Below are positions 55,012 to 62,547 of a stretch of 64,000 nucleotides of DNA, piece by piece. The notes beneath the pieces were generated by a model, which did no database searches, was not told where the DNA came from, and saw only the letters and a program-made list of their open reading frames with translations. The position numbers and the translations under genes are program-made. How positions within the stretch are numbered: the stretch's first letter is position 1; every line of letters begins with the position of its first letter. This stretch comes from Candidatus Sumerlaeaceae bacterium (GTDB lineage Bacteria > Sumerlaeota > Sumerlaeia > Sumerlaeales > Sumerlaeaceae), in NCBI GenBank assembly GCA_051003195.1, contig JBPCLP010000008.1, positions 28,154 through 92,153 of the forward strand, read 5' to 3'.

Positions 55012-55885
55012 AGAACGATGTCACCCGAGATGACGAACCAGCGGCGGGACTTTGTCGAGCCACCCGCAGCATTTCCGCAATGAACTCTTCGGTTGGTTCT
55101 ATTGGTGCTTCAACAGCTCCACCGGCCTTCAGGAGTTGATGCGCGCGGAAGTGCTTCTCCTGCTCATGCAGTTTGGTCACCCACATCGGGCGATTTAATG
55201 CCCGTAGCTTTCGCACAGTATCAACCGTGCCACCGCGAGTTCCGGTTTCTGCGATGAACGAGCCGCGGCAGAACGCAGCCACGAGTGAATTCCGACGTAG
55301 AAAGCACCAGGGCTGCACTTTGGATCCAGGCGGAAACGGCGACGCGATCAGCACCCGCCCACCAGGCGGAACATTAAACGAAGGAACAAACTGTTCAATG
55401 GGTGTGGGTGGAAAAACAACTGTAGCTCCTTCGGCTTTCAGCGCTGCATCGTGTGCGCCGGCATCAACACCCGGAGCATTGCCGCTCACGACAGCAATAT
55501 CACGTTTCGCAAAAGCGCTCGCATAATTACGCGCGGCGTTTCGTCCGGTGGCGGACGGTCGACGTGTCCCGATGATCGCCATCGCTTCTGTGTTAAAAAG
55601 CTCCAGTTGCCCTATTGCATACAACACCGGTGGAGTATTGTCTCCCAGTGCATCCAACAGTCGCTTTGGATAGGCAGAACAGCCCAGCGGTATGACGTGA
55701 ACATCGTTATCGAGTATCCATTTGGCGAGCTGCCTGCTCTGTGCGCTGGGGGTGCTGCCCGGGTGCTGATTTGGCAACGATCCCTCCGAACCCGGTCGTT
55801 CCAGCCTGAGAAAGTCCGCAAGCCTGGTCTCCCCCAGTTGGCGATGCTGCTCGATCCAGGCAGCAAGCTGTTGTGCAGCACTCAT
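54986..55885 (-). CDS. dprA: DNA-processing protein DprA (Smf family)
   Basis: Block PVLYAIGQLELFNTEAMAIIGTRRPS...AVVSGNAPGVDAGAHDAALKAEGATV matches the DprA Rossmann core. Confidence 0.75.
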   Translation of the reverse strand: MSAAQQLAAWIEQHRQLGETRLADFLRLERPGSEGSLPNQHPGSTPSAQSRQLAKWILDNDVHVIPLGCSAYPKRLLDALGDNTPPVLYAIGQLELFNTEAMAIIGTRRPSATGRNAARNYASAFAKRDIAVVSGNAPGVDAGAHDAALKAEGATVVFPPTPIEQFVPSFNVPPGGRVLIASPFPPGSKVQPWCFLRRNSLVAAFCRGSFIAETGTRGGTVDTVRKLRALNRPMWVTKLHEQEKHFRAHQLLKAGGAVEAPIEPTEEFIAEMLRVARQSPAAGSSSRVTSFFEMAATNE

Positions 55886-55980
55886 GCCATGCGTTAAACC
55901 GCCACTGTCGCAGCCAAAGCGAGCGAAAACGCGAAAAGTTTAGCATTGCCTGCGCGTGCGCCGTTGGCCGAACTAGCAGG

Positions 55981-56766
55981 GTGTCGAGAGAGAATAACCG
56001 CGTATGGCAGCTCGATGCATATACCGTCGCCCTGGGCGAGAGCGCGCCCGACGGCCGAATCCTTGCCCGACAAATTGCCGGAATCGGCGCCCGTTTACTC
56101 GCCGGAACGATTGATTGCATTGTGCAGTCTATTTTTGCGACGCTGGCGGTAGCGGCTGTTTACTGGTCCCACCCCGAGTTCGTGCGTCCGCAGGAGCGAA
56201 TGTGGCTTTTTATCGCCGCCGTGGTCGAGTGGCACGTCCTGTACTTTATGCTCTTCGAAGCGTTCACGTCGGGCAGAACCCCGGGTAAAAGCATTGTGGG
56301 CCTCCAAGTCGTGGATGCGCGCACCGGCGGCCGGGCCAGCTCGCTCCAGTTGCTGGGGCGCAATCTGTTCCGAGCCATCGATCTGTTGCCTGTCCATTAC
56401 CTCGCCGCAGCACTTAGCATGGCAATGGGACCGGCACGACAACGCCTCGGCGATCGCATCGGTTCCACGTGTGTGATTTATGTGCGAAGTCTGGTCGAGC
56501 AACTCCACGCCGCCAATGTCCCCGCGAGCAATTTTTCCACCTCAGACGACGGCTACCTGCTGCAGGCCTTTGTTCAGCGATTGCCCGGCATCCACGAAAA
56601 CATGCGCCCGTTCCTGGCCCGCGAGACGGCGCGCTATTTCCAGAAAAAATATCCTGCGGCCGAACCCGGCCTCGTAAGGCTTTACGAGGAAGAGCAATAC
56701 GACCAGTATTTGCAACGCCTCTGCCGCGAAGAGACCGCCGCCGCCGCGCTCCACTTGGACGAATGA
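55981..56766 (+). CDS. RDD family membrane protein (GTG start inferred; the track ORF begins at 55873)
   Basis: RDD-domain layout: TM with the R/D/D triad (GRTPGKSIVGLQVVDARTGG...FRAIDLL). Divergent from dprA. Confidence 0.6.
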   Translation: MSRENNRVWQLDAYTVALGESAPDGRILARQIAGIGARLLAGTIDCIVQSIFATLAVAAVYWSHPEFVRPQERMWLFIAAVVEWHVLYFMLFEAFTSGRTPGKSIVGLQVVDARTGGRASSLQLLGRNLFRAIDLLPVHYLAAALSMAMGPARQRLGDRIGSTCVIYVRSLVEQLHAANVPASNFSTSDDGYLLQAFVQRLPGIHENMRPFLARETARYFQKKYPAAEPGLVRLYEEEQYDQYLQRLCREETAAAALHLDE

Positions 56767-56833
56767 GAATGACCCGGCACTCCAGAAATGAATACGGAAC
56801 GTTTACGGCGCTAAGGTAACGCGCTCAACCGGA

Positions 56834-56911
56834 TCGGGGCGTAGCGTAGCCCGGTTATCGCGCCTGCCTTGGGAGCAGGAGGTCGCAGGTTCGAATCCTG
56901 CCGCCCCGACC
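56834..56911 (+). tRNA. tRNA-Pro (anticodon TGG)
   Basis: Cloverleaf read by hand: acceptor CGGGGCG/CGCCCCG, anticodon stem CCTGC/GCAGG with loop CTTGGGA (U33-UGG-G37), T-loop GGTTCGAATCC, encoded CCA. Confidence 0.85.
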
Positions 56912-57039
56912 AGTAACAACTCCTTCCGAAATGCCAAAAAAGGCACAAAACGCACGAAATAGAACCACGCGAATACCTCTTTCGATAGTAAGGAGCTGAT
57001 GTCCATCCGATCTCGCCCGAGCTGCTGCAACCGGAGGTT

Positions 57040-58452
57040 TTAATCCTTCGTGTGCAGGTAATGCATTCCCCAGCCGAGTTCCTCATTTCGGGTGCTACCG
57101 GTGCTGAAAATGCTGTCACCTCCGCCTAATGCATAGATTCTTTCGTTCACAACACAGGCTGCGAAGCTATGGCGAACCGTTGCAAGTGCCGCACCCTGGG
57201 TCCAGGTGTCGCTCGCTGGATCATAGACGTAGGTGTCCTGGGATATTTCGCCACCCGAACTGCCACCAAACGCATAGACTTTTCCACCCATGCCCACGAC
57301 ACCTAAGTTGTGCCTGGCAATCGGCATGGGGGACTTCGACGTCCACGTGTTGCTGCCGGGATCGTATTCCTCATTGGCTCCGGTATAAGTGGGCGACGCT
57401 CCAATCAACCCGCCGATGACGTAGATTTTTCCATTCACGGTGGCCGCGCCTGCTCCCTGCCGCACCGCCAGCATCGGTGCCAGCGGCGTCCAACTGTTGG
57501 ACACAGGGCTATAGGCTTCCGTGCTGCCCAGCGAGTTAAGAGCGCTGTCACTACCGCCAAATACGTAGATCTTGCCGTCGGAAACAGCCGCTGCGGCGAA
57601 GCTCCTGCCGACCGACATTGCCTGGGCGGGCGCCCATGCGTTTGTGCCGGGGTTGTACACCTGGTTCGTAGCGACAGCGACACCGGCAGATCGCCCGCCA
57701 ATGGCATATATCAGCCCATCCACCTGGGCACAACACAACCCCACACGGTTGTCTGGTGTGGCCAGCGAGCCCCAGCTGCTGGCAGCCGGGTTGAAGACGA
57801 GGTTATAGGGCGTGCTGCCGACGGCGCCAATGGCATACACTTTTCCAGCGGCCGATGCTGCCGCAAGTTGGGACATCGCAACCGGCATGGGAGGCCGCGT
57901 TTGCCAGCTGCCGAAAATGGCGCCGGTACGCGAAAAGCCGGCTGGCGCCGTCGCGGTGTTTCCCACGATCGCATAGCCGGCGGGAGTGCCATTCAGCGCG
58001 CTGTCTGCCACGTCGGAGTTGAGCGCCCGCACCGCAAACGGTACCGACTCCAGGCGTGTGGGCGGCAGTACGACATTTTGGGGAAGGTTGGCGTCAACGG
58101 CGACCTGCAGAAACATGGGCTCGTTGGTTACAAAGGCGGCGTCAGTCAACGGGCCCCCGAACAGAACGGTGCCCGTGCCCACGGTATGGTTCACCACGCC
58201 ATTACTCACGTTTAAAGCGGCTTGCTCGCCAAACACCTGGGTACCGGGCGATGGACCCACGCCCGCCGCACCGCGCCAGATGGAAAAGAAAAGCGTATGG
58301 GTGCTCTCCAGCGCACTGCCACCAGCACCCGTCAGCTTTGCCTGGTAATTGATACGCACCGGCTGCGTTGCTGAAGCGCTGACGCAAAACATTATGAAAC
58401 ACGCTGCGAGACATTGTACCGACGCTCGGCCGCCATTTCCGTGAATTCCCAT
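57040..58452 (-). CDS. secreted Kelch-repeat beta-propeller protein
   Basis: Signal peptide. Repeated Kelch motifs (GKVYAIGA, GLIYAIGGRS, GKIYVFGG, GKIYVIGG, GKVYAFGG, ERIYALGG) with W/Y spacing. Confidence 0.8.
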   Translation of the reverse strand: MGIHGNGGRASVQCLAACFIMFCVSASATQPVRINYQAKLTGAGGSALESTHTLFFSIWRGAAGVGPSPGTQVFGEQAALNVSNGVVNHTVGTGTVLFGGPLTDAAFVTNEPMFLQVAVDANLPQNVVLPPTRLESVPFAVRALNSDVADSALNGTPAGYAIVGNTATAPAGFSRTGAIFGSWQTRPPMPVAMSQLAAASAAGKVYAIGAVGSTPYNLVFNPAASSWGSLATPDNRVGLCCAQVDGLIYAIGGRSAGVAVATNQVYNPGTNAWAPAQAMSVGRSFAAAAVSDGKIYVFGGSDSALNSLGSTEAYSPVSNSWTPLAPMLAVRQGAGAATVNGKIYVIGGLIGASPTYTGANEEYDPGSNTWTSKSPMPIARHNLGVVGMGGKVYAFGGSSGGEISQDTYVYDPASDTWTQGAALATVRHSFAACVVNERIYALGGGDSIFSTGSTRNEELGWGMHYLHTKD

Positions 58453-58663
58453 GAATCGCCCCCGGCTCTGATTTTAAAAATTATAAAATCGGCGGCATTC
58501 CAGTGTCAATCACGCAGAGGCGCGATCATGGGGCAGCGTCGAGCTAGGTTAAGATCGGGCGACAAATACCTGCTGGCATCAGGATCCTGGACTGGATTCT
58601 TCTCCATGTAGATCCCCTCGAAGTCCGGGGGGTAGAGGTGTCAGGGAAAAAGCTGGCATGCTG

Positions 58664-58802
58664 AAAGCGGTACTAAAGTACGCGCATTCGCCCACAGCCG
58701 ATGTTCAGGCCAAATCTCCGCACCAGCTGTAAGCCCTCCCCGGATTGTAAACAAACCATAGCGCGCAGCGCTTTGGAGTGCGCGTACTTCAGTACCGCTT
58801 TC
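58664..58802. repeat. 24-25 bp imperfect inverted repeat pair flanking an 88-bp spacer
   Basis: Left arm GAAAGCGGTACTAAAGTACGCGCAT, right arm TGCGCGTACTTCAGTACCGCTTTC. 23 of 24 positions complementary. Confidence 0.75.
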
Positions 58803-59496
58803 CACTAATCTTCAGATAAACGTCCATGCCGTCGCTGCAGACGGAGAGCATATACCGCATCCCCGGAAACAAACCCGGTGCCCTGATTGTCGCGGTGAAG
58901 AACATGGTGCGGACAACCGGCGATGACCACCCTTGCTCGACGTTCCATGGTATGGGACTTCATTTTCGTTGTCATGGACTAATGAAGTTCTGGGCACGAC
59001 CCATGACACGTCGTTATAGACCGGGACCAGGCCCATACGGTGCAGCGCATGAGCGAGCATGGCAGTAGCCTTCGAGGACGGCGAGGGGAGCTTCGCGCTC
59101 GGCGCCGTAGAAGAAGGTTCGGGCGCGGCTTACCGCCGGGACTGATGAGTTGCCAAATCCTTGCAGATACTCATGCCCTGCCTGCTCACCAGCTATTTTA
59201 TACAGAGCGTCGAGCATCTGGTGATAGCGTCTGTGGCCGACAAACTGAAATGGGTAGCGAAGTTGCTGTGTCGGGCCAGGATTAGGTTTTGAGGTGACAG
59301 GTTATGCATTGATTCCAGCTGCATGCATCCTGTAGCTAATTTGGTGTGGCTGGATAGGCAAGAGTTGTTGTTCCGGGTTACCCGTACATCGTCCTCTGAT
59401 CGTGCCCACTTATTCTGACCGCCGAATCGCTCCGCTTTAGGCAAAGCCAAAGCAAGCTTTCGCACCAAAGCGGCTACGCCGCCGGGGTTGTTCGGA

Positions 59497-59610
59497 CGGG
59501 GTGCAGGGTTCACGTCCCGGGTTCAGGGTTCGCGGTTCACAGTTAGGATTGAGGGTGCAGGATGTGGGGTCGGGGTTCAGGACTCGGGTTCGAACCAGGG
59601 CTCACGGTGA
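59497..59610. repeat. degenerate GGGTTCA-type heptamer tandem array (G-run rich)
   Basis: GGGTGCAGGGTTCACGTCCCGGGTTCAGGGTTCGCGGTTCACAG...GGGGTCGGGGTTCAGGACTCGGGTTCGAACCAGGG, about 35-45 bp upstream of the ATG at 59644. Confidence 0.7.
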
Positions 59611-59643
59611 CCATAATCTAATCGACAATGGGATCATTCCGAT

Positions 59644-61431
59644 TTGAATCATCGCATGTTCTTACAGCAAAGACTCCCGTACCTCGTCATTGGCATGGTC
59701 GCCCTATGCGCGATCGCGCAGGCGGAGTGGCGCAATGCACTTGTGTCGCTGGCCGAGCCGTCAGACCCGGTCACCCTGGTCAGCCGCGCAAAACCTGCCG
59801 GGCATATTCAGTTGCCGCCCCGGCCCACGCCGCAGGAACGAAAAGCCGCTGCCGATCTCCAGCATTGGATCGCGCAGATTACCAGTGCTACGCTGCCCAT
59901 TAAGAAATCCGCTCGCGGTGCGGTTGTCAGCATCCGCACCGATGACGCATGTAACGACGAAGAATACCGGATCCAGGTGGATGGCCGTCGCATCCTGTTA
60001 TACGGCGGACGCACGCGCGGTGTTGTAAACGCGGTGTACGCGTTGCTGGAAGAAGACATGGGGTGCCGCTTCTACACGAATGAGTCCATCCGTTTGCCTA
60101 CCACCAGTACCCTGGTTGCCAGGCCGGTTCCGCGGCGGTATGGTCCGCGCCTTAAATTGCGCGATCCGTTTTACTATTGTGCGTTCGATCCTGTGTGGTC
60201 GCTGCGCAACCGCACCAACGCACCCGATGCGAAGGTACCGGAGGCGCACGGCGGGCACGTGGACTATGACAACATGTTCGTCCACACAATGGACAAGCTC
60301 GTCTCGGCAACGGTCTATTTCAAGAAGCACCCCGAATACTTTGCGCTTCAGCCGGACGGATCGCGCAATCCCATTGCCCTGTGCGCCACCGAGCCGAAAG
60401 TTGCGAAGATCGCGATCAAAGCGGTGCGCGACATTCTTCGCCGCAACCCCAATACCGAAATCATCAGCGTCTCGAAGAACGACACCACGGTCGTCTGCCA
60501 TTGCGAGCGCTGCAAAAAGCTACGCGATGCCGAAGGTTCGGACATCGCTAATCAACTGGTGCTGGTGAACAAAATCGCGGACGCCATCGCCGCCGATTAT
60601 CCGCGGGTTACCATCGACACGCTTGCGTACCTTGAAACCATCCAGGTCCCGAAAACGGTGCGCCCGCGAAAGAATGTGGCCATCCGCCTGTGTAACGATG
60701 CGGTCGGTGCCTGGACTTACCCTTTCCGACCCGCCGAGCAGTGCGACATCGCGAAGCTCGCATCTGCCTGGGCAGCGGTGCACCATCGCATCTACATCTG
60801 GGACTATAACGTTAACTTCAGTCATTACCTTGCGCCGATGCCCAACCTCGATATCATGGCGGCAAACATACGCTTCTGGATCCGCAACAACGCCGAAGGC
60901 GTGATGTTGCAGGGAGGCTACCAGGGCGCTGCCGAGCAGGATCACATGAAGTGCTGGGTGACTGCCAAACTCATGTGGGACGCTTCATGGGATGAGAAGG
61001 AACTTGTGCACGATTTCATCTGGGGACACTACGCCAGCGCTGCACCGGCAATGCAGGAATACGATGACCTGCTGCAGCAGATGCGCGTGGAACATAAGCC
61101 GACGATGGACAAGCCCGCGCAGGGAATCCGGTATCCGATGGACGCGCCGTTCATCACGCGCGATTTCATCACCAGCGCATCGGCGTTGTTCTCACGGGCC
61201 AGGGAACTGGCTGGCGGTGACACGGCGTTGCTGCAACGTATCGAGCGCGCCGAACTTCCGATTCTCTACGTCCAGTGTGAGCGTGGAGCGGAGTTTACAG
61301 GACCGGAATACGCGGCTGTGGTCGATCGGTTCGCACTCGTGGCCCGGCGCGAAAAAGTAAACACGACCCGCGAAGGACCTACAGACCTTGATGCGAAGAT
61401 CGCCGGATACCACGCCAAAGTCAGGAAGTAG
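59644..61431 (+). CDS. secreted DUF4838-like protein (GH20-like N-terminal region, CxCxxC motif)
   Basis: Signal peptide (LVIGMVALCAIAQA). VVCHCERCKK motif and overall size and layout as in DUF4838 proteins. Confidence 0.6.
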   Translation: MNHRMFLQQRLPYLVIGMVALCAIAQAEWRNALVSLAEPSDPVTLVSRAKPAGHIQLPPRPTPQERKAAADLQHWIAQITSATLPIKKSARGAVVSIRTDDACNDEEYRIQVDGRRILLYGGRTRGVVNAVYALLEEDMGCRFYTNESIRLPTTSTLVARPVPRRYGPRLKLRDPFYYCAFDPVWSLRNRTNAPDAKVPEAHGGHVDYDNMFVHTMDKLVSATVYFKKHPEYFALQPDGSRNPIALCATEPKVAKIAIKAVRDILRRNPNTEIISVSKNDTTVVCHCERCKKLRDAEGSDIANQLVLVNKIADAIAADYPRVTIDTLAYLETIQVPKTVRPRKNVAIRLCNDAVGAWTYPFRPAEQCDIAKLASAWAAVHHRIYIWDYNVNFSHYLAPMPNLDIMAANIRFWIRNNAEGVMLQGGYQGAAEQDHMKCWVTAKLMWDASWDEKELVHDFIWGHYASAAPAMQEYDDLLQQMRVEHKPTMDKPAQGIRYPMDAPFITRDFITSASALFSRARELAGGDTALLQRIERAELPILYVQCERGAEFTGPEYAAVVDRFALVARREKVNTTREGPTDLDAKIAGYHAKVRK

Positions 61432-61445
61432 ATGAGCGTGCCTCC

Positions 61446-61475
61446 TTAATCAAAACTAATCAAAACTAATCAAAC
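61446..61475. repeat. 9-bp tandem repeat (TAATCAAAAC) x3.3
   Basis: CTTAATCAAAACTAATCAAAACTAATCAAACA directly after the stop of the DUF4838-like gene. AATCAAACAGG recurs at 61508. Confidence 0.8.
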
Positions 61476-62547
61476 ATTGGCGTCGCTCGTTGGCATTTCA
61501 CGCTTTAAATCAAACAGGCCGATGGGGTAATTTCGCCCTTTGATTTCCGTAATGTTCAGATCATGTCGCCTCCAGTTCTTCTTTTGTTTTTTCGTCGGAG
61601 GCGTGTGAGGCGAGTGCGGATTGCGGAGTACAAGCCGGACTCGGAATCGTCGGCGGTAAGGCACGGCGGGTTGCGTTGTCAGCGTCATCATAATGTCTCC
61701 TTGGTGCTTTCAAGTTCAAGTTGGTAATTTCGCCACTTGAATAGCGGTAATCTTTCTGTAAGGTTTGCTCGTGCCGGCCCAACTCCGCCGCTTCAGTTTC
61801 ATCAGCAAACCAACAGCCTCCGCGAAACCTTCATGGCTGTTGCCTTCGGTTATTTGCTGGAACCCGTCAACCGCAGGCGAGACGCCTGCGCCACGAGGGT
61901 CGGCGGGGTCGGGGAATTGCGTTTGTTTTATCATTATGAGGACCTGTGTAGCACAGGCTTTTGGCTAATACAATTCCCGCACGACCCCTTAGAGACCCTT
62001 CGGGCACCTAAAAGTGCACAGGTTTCGGCTACAGTCGCCCGGCAGCCGCGGCCATGAAAAGAATCTGATCGGGAGCTGACCCAAAATCTTCCGCTGTTTC
62101 CCGGCTGTGTATTAACAAATTAACACATGGCCTGTCCCCTTGTTTCTACCTCGCCGCGGCAGTCATGAACCTCAAGCGCCTGGCGGCGCTGATCACCGCG
62201 CCTGGGGTGCCCAAAAAGCTGCACCAAGCCGCGTTTCCGCTCCTTCAGCGCCTGTTAAGCATATCATTGGAGCCCGATGTGAGTTCTTCGAAACGAAGCC
62301 ACTTCGGCCTTTGCTTCAGATGAACAAGGAACCGGGCCGTATGGGAAAGGGGTTCTTCAACAGCCCCACCGTCCCCGAATTAGCTCAATTAAACATGCCA
62401 TTGGCCGGGAAGTTGCACTATATAATATATATATTCTAGAGTCTACCGGTCCTTATTGATTAGTCATTGGACACCCGGAGGCGACTGGTAAACTAAACCC
62501 ACCGACCAGGTAAGGCGTACCGCGACGGGGTAATTGAGGAACGAATT

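Noticed and set aside
56803-57119. Minus-strand ORFs of 75 and 102 aa overlapping the tRNA-Pro locus
   Set aside because: They span a clearly folded tRNA gene and the AT-rich spacer.
58812-59285. Short ORFs (67-106 aa, both strands) between the Kelch and DUF4838-like genes
   Set aside because: No RBS or recognisable motifs, and overlapping out-of-frame arrangement. At best these are remnants of a decayed gene, so they are reported only as a possible pseudogene region in the findings.
62140-62439. 99-aa plus-strand ORF in the AT-rich spacer
   Set aside because: Pro/Gly/Ala-rich product, no RBS, ends in the TATA-rich tract. More likely non-coding.
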